From the IMG/VR virus record IMGVR_UViG_3300002307_000018, positions 160,001-224,000 of that record: 64,000 bases of DNA. One strand, 5' to 3'. The notes beneath the pieces are model-generated. The model was not told the DNA's origin. It worked only from the letters and a program-made list of their open reading frames with translations, and did not search any database. Positions 18,455-28,521 of the stretch are shown here, piece by piece. This DNA is from a virus (taxonomy: Duplodnaviria; Caudoviricetes). Made by a program: the position numbers and the translations under genes. Position 1 is the stretch's first letter. Every line of letters begins with the position of its first letter.

Positions 18455-18685
18455 ATGAAAACACTATTAGCAATTGTACTAGCGTCATTCAGCATTATCG
18501 CTTGCGCTCAAGATGCAAAGAAGGAAGAGCCAGCACAAGCACCAAAAACAAAACAAGTTTGTAAAGACGTGCTAGACAAGGATGGTAAGCCTGTTCTAAA
18601 CAAGGATGGTACTACAAAACAAAACTGTCGTACTATTCGTATTCACCAAAAATTCGAGGGCACAGAAATCCCTCCAAAGAAGTAA
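18455..18685 (+). CDS. Small secreted protein
   Basis: N-terminal signal peptide and two Cys residues. Confidence 0.6.
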   Translation: MKTLLAIVLASFSIIACAQDAKKEEPAQAPKTKQVCKDVLDKDGKPVLNKDGTTKQNCRTIRIHQKFEGTEIPPKK

Positions 18686-18697
18686 TAGGAGAACACA

Positions 18698-19555
18698 ATG
18701 TCAGGATTTACATTTAACTTTACTGAACAACAACTGGCTCAAATGATTCCAGGTAACCCTTATGTTACTCAATGGTATCATGCGCTTTGTCAGATTCTTC
18801 CTGAGTACAACATCAATACACCACAACGTGTGGCTGCGTTTGTTGCTCAGTGTGCTCACGAGTCAGGTAACTTCCGCTTACTCAAAGAGAATCTTAACTA
18901 TACAGCAGCCAGTCTCGTGCGTGTATGGCCCTCTAGATTCCCGTCTATGGAAGTGGCAAATCAGTATGCCATGCAACCAGAAAAGATTGCCAACAAAGTC
19001 TACTGTGATCGTATGGGCAATGGCAGTGAAGCATCGGGCGATGGCTGGAAATATGCGGGTAAGGGCTTGATTCAACTTACCGGCAAAGACAACTACACTT
19101 GGTTCGCTGAGTCAATTGAAACTCCGCTTGATCAGATTCCTGAGTATCTGCAAACATTTGAGGGCGCAGTGCAGTCTGCGTGTTGGTTCTGGGAAGTTAA
19201 CAATCTCAATCAATGGTCAGATGCGGGTGATATTCTTACACTGACCAAGCGCATCAACGGTGGCACAATCGGTCTTGAAGATCGTCAGAAGCATTACGCT
19301 CACGCATTACAAGTGCTTGGTGGGCAAGTGTCGGAATCTGTTTCGGTGACTGAAAGTGGACCAGATATGTCTGCTGTGATTCGTCGCGGTAGTCGTGGAG
19401 CAACTGTTGCTGCGGTACAGGCTAAACTAGGACTCACTGCTGACGGAGACTTTGGACCAGGAACTGAACGTGCGCTAATGGGTTGGCAACGTGAACATGG
19501 TCTAGAGCCTGATGGTGTAGCTGGCCCACTAACTCTAGCTAAAATTTTAGGATAA
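18698..19555 (+). CDS. Endolysin: GH19 lysozyme/chitinase-like domain plus C-terminal PG-binding domain
   Basis: AAFVAQCAHESG, ENLNY, GKGLIQLTGKDNY, TKRINGG and ADGDFGPGT/PDGVAGPLT motifs. Confidence 0.92.
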   Translation: MSGFTFNFTEQQLAQMIPGNPYVTQWYHALCQILPEYNINTPQRVAAFVAQCAHESGNFRLLKENLNYTAASLVRVWPSRFPSMEVANQYAMQPEKIANKVYCDRMGNGSEASGDGWKYAGKGLIQLTGKDNYTWFAESIETPLDQIPEYLQTFEGAVQSACWFWEVNNLNQWSDAGDILTLTKRINGGTIGLEDRQKHYAHALQVLGGQVSESVSVTESGPDMSAVIRRGSRGATVAAVQAKLGLTADGDFGPGTERALMGWQREHGLEPDGVAGPLTLAKILG

Positions 19556-19558
19556 ATT

Positions 19559-20005
19559 ATGTGGCAAATTATGTGGCTGTTCTCATTACTACCTGACTTT
19601 GTATATCATATCTTATTGTTCGTGGGTGCATTGGCATTTGCTGCCAGTTATCTACTAACAATGATCCCGTTCTTGATGCAGAATGCCTATGTGATCAGAA
19701 TTGCCAGTTTATCACTGATCATATTTTGTATTTGGATCGAGGGTGGTCTTGCGATAGAGGCCAAATGGAAAGCACGTGTGGCTGAACTTGAAGTCAAGGT
19801 TGCGGCAGCGGAGAAAGCGGCCAGTGATGCCAATGGTAAGATTCAAACCGTGTATGTAGATCGTGTACAAACTGTAAAAGAGATTCAGTATGTGACTGTC
19901 AATAAGATTGCCAAGGATGCCGGTAAGCTTGACAAGAACTGCGTAATTGATCCAGAAGCGATTCAGATACTTAACGGCGCAGCGCACTCAGGAGCAAAGA
20001 AATGA
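19559..20005 (+). CDS. Inner-membrane spanin-like (Rz-like) protein
   Basis: N-terminal TM helices followed by a coiled coil; lies between the endolysin and a lipoprotein. Confidence 0.6.
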   Translation: MWQIMWLFSLLPDFVYHILLFVGALAFAASYLLTMIPFLMQNAYVIRIASLSLIIFCIWIEGGLAIEAKWKARVAELEVKVAAAEKAASDANGKIQTVYVDRVQTVKEIQYVTVNKIAKDAGKLDKNCVIDPEAIQILNGAAHSGAKK

Positions 20006-20262
20006 AAACAGTAATAGCAATTATGATGTCATTGTTGTTAGTAGGTTGTGTTACTCCTGTCAAGCGTGAGTTTCCATCTGTGCCTGAGCAGTTGATGCGT
20101 CCGTGCCCAGAGTTATTAGATGTACCCGCTACAAAGAAGTTAAGCGATGTATTGGTAGTAGTCACTAAGAACTACGGTCAGTACAACGAATGTGGTATCA
20201 AAGTTGACAGTTGGATAGACTGGTACAACAAACAAAAAGAAATATTCGATAGTGTAAAATAA
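20002..20262 (+). CDS. Outer-membrane spanin-like lipoprotein (Rz1-like)
   Basis: Lipobox LLVGC, Pro-rich FPSVPEQLMRPCPEL and NYGQYNEC. Confidence 0.7.
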   Translation: MKTVIAIMMSLLLVGCVTPVKREFPSVPEQLMRPCPELLDVPATKKLSDVLVVVTKNYGQYNECGIKVDSWIDWYNKQKEIFDSVK

Positions 20263-20280
20263 TAATAAGAAAGGGCTACT

Positions 20281-20562
20281 ATGAATGAAATATTTAAACT
20301 GATCTCTGATCTGGGATTTCCTATTGCTGCGGCAGTTGCAGGCGGATACTTTGTATTCTTGACAATCAAGTTGTTGTTGGCAGGTGTTCTATCGGCTGTT
20401 AAAGGTATGGCTGGTATTATCACTGCTCTTGATAATCGTGTTAAGACAATGAATCATGATGTAGTGCGTATTGATGCGGTAGTATCAAATGCGTTGGGCT
20501 TGAAACCTGACGTTGATCGTATTGCTCGTGCAGACGGCAAAACAGATGCAAGGAGAGACTAA
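20281..20562 (+). CDS. Small membrane protein
   Basis: ISDLGFPIAAA TM segment; paralog of the next gene. Confidence 0.7.
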   Translation: MNEIFKLISDLGFPIAAAVAGGYFVFLTIKLLLAGVLSAVKGMAGIITALDNRVKTMNHDVVRIDAVVSNALGLKPDVDRIARADGKTDARRD

Positions 20563-20873
20563 TGGGTAACATAGCAGAACTAATTTCAAAGTATGGATTC
20601 CCAATCGTGGCTGCGGTTGGTATGGGCATGATGATCAAGTATGTATGGACATGGGCTACCACCGAGATCAAGCCTATTATCAGTGAAGCAAACACAGTGT
20701 TGATTGCACTGATTGATCGCATTCGTATGTTAGACAATGATCTAATCAGACTAAATCAAAAAGTCAATACCGTGTTACACTTACGTGGCAAGACAATTGA
20801 ACATGAGCGTGTAGAGGCTGAAGACAAGATCAACAGCAAGAATGACAGTGCTGCTAGTGGCGGCTCGTCGTAG
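20562..20873 (+). CDS. Small membrane protein
   Basis: ISKYGFPIVAA TM segment followed by a coiled coil. Confidence 0.7.
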   Translation: MGNIAELISKYGFPIVAAVGMGMMIKYVWTWATTEIKPIISEANTVLIALIDRIRMLDNDLIRLNQKVNTVLHLRGKTIEHERVEAEDKINSKNDSAASGGSS

Positions 20874-21372
20874 AATAGCGTTTGATAGTAGCAACACTAG
20901 CGGGATCGTTTAACAACAAAACTAATCCATTGTGTAGCGGACTGGGCAGAGTATCTAGTGTACACCATACATAGCCCTGAGTTTCCCAGTCTAGTGTAGG
21001 TTTGAATTCTGTTTGTATCAATGCTAGATAATTGTAATACTTGAAACCGCTTGGATGAGAAAACACATACAGTGGTACTAATTTAAGTTTTCCATGATAC
21101 CCAGATTCTTCCATAGCTTCTCGTTTGACTGCACTTTCAGGTGATTCATTAGAGTCGATTGCTCCACCCCATGTACCCCATGTTCCTGGCTGCTCTACTT
21201 GTGATGATCTGTGAGCGATACATAGTTTCCCTGTATCATGTGCTAAGAACAAACATCCTGCTCCTTGCTTGCCCCAAAAACCAGTTTGCTTTAATGCTTC
21301 TCTGTGTTCAGCGTCATCTTCTGCGAATATATTCCACGCACGACGTTCGTTAAGGATTTCTGTTATCTTCAT
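20854..21372 (-). CDS. NUDIX hydrolase
   Basis: Nudix box WGGAIDSNESPESAVKREAMEESG; N-terminus MKITEILNE. Confidence 0.88.
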   Translation of the reverse strand: MKITEILNERRAWNIFAEDDAEHREALKQTGFWGKQGAGCLFLAHDTGKLCIAHRSSQVEQPGTWGTWGGAIDSNESPESAVKREAMEESGYHGKLKLVPLYVFSHPSGFKYYNYLALIQTEFKPTLDWETQGYVWCTLDTLPSPLHNGLVLLLNDPASVATIKRYSTTSRH

Positions 21373-22055
21373 CTTGTTGCCAGCGCAGTTCTGTCATATA
21401 CAGGATCAGTAAAGACCATTACTGGCCCACGCATCATAATGTTCTCGTCATGTATATCTAATCTATATCCCGACTGATTAACAAACTGATTTAAAATGTC
21501 AAGTGCAGGGACAAAATCAGGATATTTCTGAATGTAAGCATAAAAGCTGTTAGCTGCTGGCTCAGGATCATTGGGTTTTCTTTTAGCAATCAGATGATCA
21601 ACGATTTTACTAGGCGAAAGTTTAGTACGCATTGCGTTGGTAAGTAATGCATTGATTGGCTGCAGTAGTTCATATGCTTCTCTAGTGATACGAGTTAGTT
21701 TTTCCATTCTAACAGCCACAACACCAGGAACAATACGCATTGCTTTAGTACTGATAAAATGTGGCATGTGCGGGTTATCACTGTGTTGACGTGCAGTATT
21801 GATCCAGTCAATATATGCTTTGTCTTGATCAGTAAACACTTTTAACACATAGGGTAAGTTTGGATTGTCCCATACTGTACCAAATGATCCTGACCCTAGT
21901 GCTCTAAATCCATTGTTGTAAAGCAGCTTATGCCAGTCCATACCAAGGGGATACTCAGCAACTCTACGTGGGTCGCGTGGCATGTCCTTGACTACATTCT
22001 TGATGCCAGTCAGTTCTTCTAGGGTTTCTTCGGTTAGTATGTCTGCAATTTTCAT
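21369..22055 (-). CDS. Protein kinase-like protein
   Basis: LGSGSFGTV, VLKVF, RMEKL, DIHDENIM and VFTDP motifs; N-terminus MKIADILTEE. Confidence 0.82.
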   Translation of the reverse strand: MKIADILTEETLEELTGIKNVVKDMPRDPRRVAEYPLGMDWHKLLYNNGFRALGSGSFGTVWDNPNLPYVLKVFTDQDKAYIDWINTARQHSDNPHMPHFISTKAMRIVPGVVAVRMEKLTRITREAYELLQPINALLTNAMRTKLSPSKIVDHLIAKRKPNDPEPAANSFYAYIQKYPDFVPALDILNQFVNQSGYRLDIHDENIMMRGPVMVFTDPVYDRTALATR

Positions 22056-22070
22056 CTAGTATTTATCTAA

Positions 22071-24125
22071 TTACTTGCTTGTGGCTCTGTATACACCGTC
22101 CCAATCTTTGGGCAGCACTTGAGTTTTCATCTCTTCACAGCGTTCACGCCATGCTTCATAATAATCATTCATCTTACCGTCAAACTCGCCCTGTAAGTTA
22201 TCACATAGTGTAATACAGTGATCGAACTCTTGCTTGCGATATGCAACCAACATTTCATTGTGTTCTTGTTGTCCACGTGTCCAATCATTAGTGGCTTCAT
22301 CTAGTCTAGACAGCACAGTATAGATGTTGACACCAACTTTCTTTCCCTTGACTGCTATACAATCAAGCTCTAGTACAAAGTATTCGTCCATTATCTGTCT
22401 AGCAGTTTGTGAACCCAGTACGATTTTGACACCATACGGTTTGCTTTGCCCTTCAAGTCTGGCAGCAAGATTGACGCCATCACCAAGACAAGTGTAATCA
22501 AATCGCTGACTACTCCCCATATTACCCACAACAACGGTATCAGTGTTGATCCCAAGACCCATACCAAAAGCCGGTACACCTTCTGCGACAACTTCTTTGT
22601 TAAACTCATCTAAACTTCCCATCATTTGTAGTGCTGTACGTACTGCGTTCTTGGCATGATTGCTATCATCAAGCGGAGCATTCCAAAATGCCATCTGAGC
22701 ATCACCGATATACTTGTCTAGTGTGCCCTCGTTCTCAATAATCTTAGCAGTCATAGCAGTCATGTATCTGTTCATGATCTTGGTTAGACTCTGCACATCT
22801 TTGCCATAGTGCTCACTGATAGCAGTGAACCCACGAACGTCAGTAAACATGATCGACAGTTCACGACTTTCACCACCTAGTACAAGTAGTTCAGGGTTCT
22901 TCTGTAGTTTCTCAACCATAGCAGGTGACAAGTAAGTACCAAACTGTTTCTTTATCTGTTGCTTTTGTAAGAACTCACTTACGAACTTAACAACATAAGC
23001 ATGGAAAAGAACCAGAACAAGACCAACGCAGATAGCAGTACTATCCAAGAGCCAACTATAAGAAGAAAACAAATATATACTACCACCGGCAGCGCCAGCA
23101 ACAAAAACAATACCACCGATAATGCCGACATAAGTCCACCTTGTTAAGAAAAGTAATATGATACCACCAACTGCTAGTATCACGAGTTCTAAACCATCCG
23201 CATAGTCTGGTCTAGTAATATTTACACCGTTTGCTAGTGTACCAATAACTGTTGCTTGTACATAATGTGGGAACTGTGCGCCTAATGACGTAGGAACGGG
23301 GTTAGAGATACCAGCGGCAGTTGGCCCAACAATAACAATGGCGCCATCTAATTTTTGGGGTAATGTTAGTATACTAACACTTTGTGGTTGCTGTGACCAG
23401 TCAATCCAAATGCGACCTAGATTATCAGTGGTGATGGGTCCAAACTTTGGGATACGCATTCGCTCGACGCCATTCTCATTTAACTTTACCTGAAATGTTG
23501 AGTCGCCGACGGCAACACGTAGGGTTTCCATTGCTAAACTAGGATACAGATTGCCTTCAATAGAGGCGATAAGCGGAAGTCTACGATTAACGCCGTCTAT
23601 TTCCGGTAGTGTGTTGACTGTTCCGATACCGGCGGCACTGTCTTCTAGTTTAGGAACGTTTGCGATAATGCCTGGATAGTTGATGATACGATCCAGATAA
23701 TTACTGTTGATAACAGCCGAGCCTGGTTTGCGTGGTTGATTCTTTGTCCGGTCCGATGGCACGTTGACTAACACAACAGGAAACTCTTCCATTGTTTTTG
23801 CTAGTTTACTATCGCCGCACTGTCTATCTGTTTCACTCATCATTACGTTAAGCACGACGAGTCCAGCGCCTCGGCTGTACAGATCACGAATGATATCGGC
23901 ATATACCGTGCGATTGAGAGGCCACTGACCATACTTATCTAGTGTTGCTTCATCAATGTTAGCAGAAAATATGTTTAGTGGCTTGGGTGCTTGTGCGGTA
24001 ATCAGTTGATCAAAATAACGCAGACGAACCGATTCTACGAATTGATAATCGGCGACACGAATGCCTATGATTAGTGCTAGTGTAAGCAACGCAGTCCATG
24101 GTGATAGTAATATTCGTTTGAGCAT
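22071..24125 (-). CDS. CHASE2-domain class III adenylate/guanylate cyclase
   Basis: CHASE2 (IDEATLDKYGQWP, EIDGVNRRLPL), 3 TM segments, then FTDVRGFT, DKYIGDAQMAFW and GDGVNLAARLEG. Confidence 0.95.
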   Translation of the reverse strand: MLKRILLSPWTALLTLALIIGIRVADYQFVESVRLRYFDQLITAQAPKPLNIFSANIDEATLDKYGQWPLNRTVYADIIRDLYSRGAGLVVLNVMMSETDRQCGDSKLAKTMEEFPVVLVNVPSDRTKNQPRKPGSAVINSNYLDRIINYPGIIANVPKLEDSAAGIGTVNTLPEIDGVNRRLPLIASIEGNLYPSLAMETLRVAVGDSTFQVKLNENGVERMRIPKFGPITTDNLGRIWIDWSQQPQSVSILTLPQKLDGAIVIVGPTAAGISNPVPTSLGAQFPHYVQATVIGTLANGVNITRPDYADGLELVILAVGGIILLFLTRWTYVGIIGGIVFVAGAAGGSIYLFSSYSWLLDSTAICVGLVLVLFHAYVVKFVSEFLQKQQIKKQFGTYLSPAMVEKLQKNPELLVLGGESRELSIMFTDVRGFTAISEHYGKDVQSLTKIMNRYMTAMTAKIIENEGTLDKYIGDAQMAFWNAPLDDSNHAKNAVRTALQMMGSLDEFNKEVVAEGVPAFGMGLGINTDTVVVGNMGSSQRFDYTCLGDGVNLAARLEGQSKPYGVKIVLGSQTARQIMDEYFVLELDCIAVKGKKVGVNIYTVLSRLDEATNDWTRGQQEHNEMLVAYRKQEFDHCITLCDNLQGEFDGKMNDYYEAWRERCEEMKTQVLPKDWDGVYRATSK

Positions 24126-24135
24126 TTAGTATTTA

Positions 24136-24912
24136 TTATTGTCTGACGGTAACAGTCCCGCATGCCGTGTAACAGGTTTGAGTGATTGAATAGTTCTTGC
24201 CGCCACTCTGATATAAATCAACGCTAGCGGGAGCACCGGCATTGACAAGAGTGATTGTGGCAGTGTTGGCGGTTGGACCACCCTGATTCACTGTAGCACT
24301 ATTGCCATTACCTGACATATTAACTATAAGTTGATGCTGACCCGTTCCTGTCTGTGTAGTAGTTAGTGTGTTGAGATTGCCTGTTATACTAGCATATAGT
24401 TGTTTTTGACCATCATTGTTTTGTACAATACCAACCGTGTTTGAGTTTCCAGTCACTCCTAATTCTAAGAAATGACCCCCGCCGCCGCTATTAGTTTGAC
24501 TAGTAGTGATAGAGTTGTTGAACCCGTTAATGTTGACTAGTTGAAAGTTATTACCGCCACTTACACCAGCGGGGTCACTGCCATTGACAAGATACAGATT
24601 ATTACTGCCACCTGTTACACTTAAATCAATCTCGTTCTTACCACCATTACCGGTGCCTTGTTTGATGCTGATATAGTTGTTGCCGTCTTGTATTTTAGCA
24701 AATTGTTCATTGATGCCACCTATTAAATTTCTGTCGCCTATTTGACTGATACCCACAACATCACCGTTGCCGGACTGACGTATATAAATGCCGTTATTGA
24801 ATATGGAGTTACTCGCAAAGTTTGTGACATCACCTTGCCCACCTGAAGTGATAGTAGACTGTGCCCACACACCTTCACACACTAACAACAGAACGAGTAT
24901 AAGTTTTTTCAT
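24136..24912 (-). CDS. Curlin-repeat-like secreted protein
   Basis: Signal peptide and N/G/Q/T-rich repeats of the IxQxGxxN type. Confidence 0.7.
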   Translation of the reverse strand: MKKLILVLLLVCEGVWAQSTITSGGQGDVTNFASNSIFNNGIYIRQSGNGDVVGISQIGDRNLIGGINEQFAKIQDGNNYISIKQGTGNGGKNEIDLSVTGGSNNLYLVNGSDPAGVSGGNNFQLVNINGFNNSITTSQTNSGGGGHFLELGVTGNSNTVGIVQNNDGQKQLYASITGNLNTLTTTQTGTGQHQLIVNMSGNGNSATVNQGGPTANTATITLVNAGAPASVDLYQSGGKNYSITQTCYTACGTVTVRQ

Positions 24913-26048
24913 TAGTTTTGCTTGGTCACTATGGTTGTATTGTTGCCCTGATTTACACGATTTATAACAGTAGTACTGCCCTGTGTAATAGTGATTGTAC
25001 TGTGCTGAGTTTTAGGAGTAGAGATGCAGCTATTGTTAGCGGACGAATCGGGACGACATAACTGTAGTTCTACAGTGTCCATGATAGCAACAACGCCAGA
25101 TGATTTTTTGTAGTCGGGTAATATCTGCTCATTCTTTTGCGGCGCTATTAAGTTGCCAAATGTAATAGACAACTCTTCATTTGATAGCTGTAAGATGTTT
25201 GCTAAGAACTCATTGTCTAAGAAGTTACGGGCCAGTTGACTGGTAAGAATAGCACTGTTTTGTGCAGCTAACACATTGCCTAGATCAACGGGTCCTAAAA
25301 AGTTTTGTGAGAGTGCTGTTGTAGCTTCTTCACGTTCGCCACGTTGATCACGGATAGCCCGTTTGATTTCTTGAGGCGGAGATAATATCAGCATATTATT
25401 GATAGCGTCTTCGTTGAGTTTAAGAGTGACAGGCTTAGTAGGCGGAATATTTCTACTAGTAACGCTTGTTGCTTGAAATGCTACATCAAGGGTAACCGTG
25501 CCTGCATCGTTCTTGACATCTATTACACCTGTCTTACACTGCTTTTCGATTTCATCAGGCAGCATATTTTTTCGTGGACAACTAGGCAATAAAATAATAG
25601 TGCTGCCGCCTAATTCGTCCACAGTTGCGGTAAAATCCGTGCCGCGCACAGCAACAGTAGCAGTGGGAGTGTTAACAGCAACACTAGCAGGATTAGTTTT
25701 TGCAATTTGTCCACTAGCATAACGTACAGTTCCTTGTGCCATGTTAAGAGCAAGTTTGCCAACCTTTTTGTTAGGGTCGTACACAAAGTCATCAATGACG
25801 AGTTTGCTGCCTTCGTTGACCTGTACCTTTGTGTCATCTACGAATACGATACCAACTTTACCCCTGCGGGTGTTGATCTCGTCCTCCATCTCCACGCTCG
25901 TTCCCTTGCTGCCCGCCACCATCGTCTTCTTGCGTTGTATCTGGGCAGGAGAGTCCACGTGCTCTGTTATTGTCCCTACTGATGCGGCGATGCTGCTCTG
26001 CGATGTACTCAGCAAGAGTACCGATAGTATTGCCGTCCATATCTTCAT
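24912..26048 (-). CDS. FecR-domain protein
   Basis: Signal peptide with FVDDTKVQVNEGSKLVID, GTVRYASG and TPTATVAVRGTDF motifs. Confidence 0.88.
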   Translation of the reverse strand: MKIWTAILSVLLLSTSQSSIAASVGTITEHVDSPAQIQRKKTMVAGSKGTSVEMEDEINTRRGKVGIVFVDDTKVQVNEGSKLVIDDFVYDPNKKVGKLALNMAQGTVRYASGQIAKTNPASVAVNTPTATVAVRGTDFTATVDELGGSTIILLPSCPRKNMLPDEIEKQCKTGVIDVKNDAGTVTLDVAFQATSVTSRNIPPTKPVTLKLNEDAINNMLILSPPQEIKRAIRDQRGEREEATTALSQNFLGPVDLGNVLAAQNSAILTSQLARNFLDNEFLANILQLSNEELSITFGNLIAPQKNEQILPDYKKSSGVVAIMDTVELQLCRPDSSANNSCISTPKTQHSTITITQGSTTVINRVNQGNNTTIVTKQN

Positions 26049-26057
26049 TTATTCCTC

Positions 26058-26960
26058 TTAGTGACTACGCTGTGTAATAGACCAAGTGTTGCTGCTACCG
26101 CTCGACTGAATGTTAGTGATGTTGTTAGCTGATACTGCTGACTGGACAACACCGATTGTATTGTTGCTGCCAGTTAAACCTAGAACAAGAGTGTTATCAT
26201 AACTACCGGTCTGAGAGACTGTAACACCGTTACCACTCCCGGTAAGACTCCCACTTACGGTGGTGCCTGTAGCATTGTAACCACCGACTGTGATTTGATT
26301 GCCCAGTGTGCCGCCTGTTTGTGTCAGGTCAAACGTGTTGCTAGCGCCAGTTGATGCTAGTGTTAGTGTAGCATTAAGTGCTGCTGTGGTAGAGTTACCT
26401 TGAACCAGGGTCAGGCTGTTACTAGCACCACCGTTCATTGTAATTGTACTGGTGTTGTTAGTACCATTGACTGTAGCAACTACCGAGTTAGAGGCACCAC
26501 CCGCTGTTGTAGCAGTAAAGTTGTTGTTAGTGCCCAACATGTTTAGATTCAAGTTAGCAGTATTACCAGTTTGATTGACTGCGACATTGTTACTTGCTGA
26601 AGTGCCACTACCCGCATTGTTACTGTTGATGACCGCTGTTGCGTTGTTACCTGTTACGTTGTAGGTGTAGTTGTTACCCGTTAGACCACTAGCAACAGTT
26701 GTGCGGATGCCTAGTTCAAGTGTATTACCTGTACCCACTTGATTGACTGTAAGTGTGTTTGCAGTACCAGTGACAACGGCAGGAGTAGTGTTAGATGTAC
26801 CAACACCCTGAATACCCTCGATAGTGTTACCAGCGCCGTCCTGTGTCATGGTGATAGTAGAGTTACTACCACTTTGATTTAAGTAGATGCTGTTATCTGC
26901 TGCCCGTACCGACACGCCAACAAGTAGTAGGGCTAGTGTTAGATAGGTTAGTTTGTTCAT
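26058..26960 (-). CDS. Curlin-repeat-like secreted protein
   Basis: Signal peptide, ADNSIYLNQSG and many xxQxGxxNx repeats; T/N/G-rich. Confidence 0.75.
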   Translation of the reverse strand: MNKLTYLTLALLLVGVSVRAADNSIYLNQSGSNSTITMTQDGAGNTIEGIQGVGTSNTTPAVVTGTANTLTVNQVGTGNTLELGIRTTVASGLTGNNYTYNVTGNNATAVINSNNAGSGTSASNNVAVNQTGNTANLNLNMLGTNNNFTATTAGGASNSVVATVNGTNNTSTITMNGGASNSLTLVQGNSTTAALNATLTLASTGASNTFDLTQTGGTLGNQITVGGYNATGTTVSGSLTGSGNGVTVSQTGSYDNTLVLGLTGSNNTIGVVQSAVSANNITNIQSSGSSNTWSITQRSH

Positions 26961-26989
26961 GATTTTATTGCCTTTGACCTCATGGGTCG

Positions 26990-27958
26990 TTATTTTACTG
27001 CGCCAGTACGTGCAGCAACATCAGCAGGCGTGTCGATTGTCTTAGACATGCCAACTGGAATATTGGCATTGCCACTAGCCTTAGGGTTTGGTGTGGCTGC
27101 CTCTATTTTTTCTCTGTAATCCCATACACGGCGGCGTTCACCTTCCTTGATCAGTTCAACTACTGCGCTCTCAATTGTACTCTTGAGTGCTAGTGTAGTT
27201 GCCTCATTGATGACCATGCCAGTCTCTGCTTGGAAAATGCCAGCAGTAGGTGAGTTTGAGCCTGTGTTGTTTGCTAACACTTGACTTAGTATGCTAGTGC
27301 CGCCACGTGGGTCTACGCTTTTAAATACTGCGATAGTATCAGTAGTTGAGTAAACAATCTTTGTGACTGTTACTGCGGCTAGAATCTTGCCGGTGTTTAC
27401 ACTAATCGCACGTAGGGATACTGTTACAACATCTTTACTATATTGGGTTGTAGGACCAATTCCCAAGAAATTGTAGCCACTGCCACCAGACTCCATGCCC
27501 GTGTCAAAGCCAATGATGCCGCCCTCTAGAATGATACCAGCGAATGCTAGTGGCATTAACTTCTGAGCATCTTTGCCCTCGTATGCTTGACGCATTTGTG
27601 TAATGATCAATCTTTCTTTTGTTAGAGAGTCAATGTTACCACGCTCGACAACTTCAAACCATTGACCGTGACCCACGTCCTGTAGCGCACGAATAAGCAG
27701 TGCATCTGCGCCCTGTGTGACAGCAGTAGAGAATGATGCAATGCCTGGCACCTGTTTGCGCTGACCTGTCTTGTCTGCAAAACTGTACACGGCAACAGTC
27801 AGACGACCACGTGCAGGTGGTGGCACTTCATCTAGTTCCTGCTGCATGGAATTCTTAGCAGTTTGTGGCTTGTGTTCAACATCTACAGTTTGTCCTGCCC
27901 GTTGTGACAGGGAACAACCGCCTAACACGAGTAGGAGTGATAGTAGAAGTACACGCAT
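26990..27958 (-). CDS. csgG: Curli secretion channel CsgG
   Basis: Lipobox LGGC with AVYSFADKTGQRK, FSTAVTQGA and WFEVVERGNIDSLTKERLII motifs. Confidence 0.93.
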   Translation of the reverse strand: MRVLLLSLLLVLGGCSLSQRAGQTVDVEHKPQTAKNSMQQELDEVPPPARGRLTVAVYSFADKTGQRKQVPGIASFSTAVTQGADALLIRALQDVGHGQWFEVVERGNIDSLTKERLIITQMRQAYEGKDAQKLMPLAFAGIILEGGIIGFDTGMESGGSGYNFLGIGPTTQYSKDVVTVSLRAISVNTGKILAAVTVTKIVYSTTDTIAVFKSVDPRGGTSILSQVLANNTGSNSPTAGIFQAETGMVINEATTLALKSTIESAVVELIKEGERRRVWDYREKIEAATPNPKASGNANIPVGMSKTIDTPADVAARTGAVK

Positions 27959-28434
27959 TATGGTTTCACTCCTGTGATGTTGAATGAACCAAGCGGCACT
28001 GTAATGTTAGTTGAGTTGCCTACATTGTCTACTACCTGCAATTGTATTGAGGTGCCATTGTTGGCCCAGAATATTGTGTTGCCTTGAAAGTCCATGCTAC
28101 CCGATGTTTTCTCGCCGCCTGCAAACATGGCAGTTGCCAAGTTCTGTGAAATTTGTGCGTAGATACGACTTTGTAGATTTGTCAGGAATTGATTGATTGG
28201 ATTATTAGCGGCGTCTGCTTTTGCTTGTGCTTTGGCTGCCTCTAATGCTTGAAGTATAGCTTGCTGACGCTGATACTGTTGATTTTCTAGGGCGATTTGA
28301 AAGGCACCGTAGCCGACGCCATTTAATGACGGACTCTTAAACTGATAGTCAGCAATTGGTGTTGCGGATGATGTAGAAAAGAGGAGGTATGACACTATCG
28401 ACAGTGACAAACCCCGAAGAATACTGTGGTTCAT
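27958..28434 (-). CDS. csgF: Curli assembly factor CsgF
   Basis: YQFKSPSLNG and QFLTNLQSRIYAQIS motifs, C-terminal D..GNSTNITVP; adjacent to csgG. Confidence 0.85.
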   Translation of the reverse strand: MNHSILRGLSLSIVSYLLFSTSSATPIADYQFKSPSLNGVGYGAFQIALENQQYQRQQAILQALEAAKAQAKADAANNPINQFLTNLQSRIYAQISQNLATAMFAGGEKTSGSMDFQGNTIFWANNGTSIQLQVVDNVGNSTNITVPLGSFNITGVKP

Positions 28435-28521
28435 ACTTGCTCCCGACTCGTGGTCGATGTTGTTATTATAATCTTACTAAGTATTTAGAGCTAGTGTTTA
28501 CGAGGATATCTGCTACTATAT

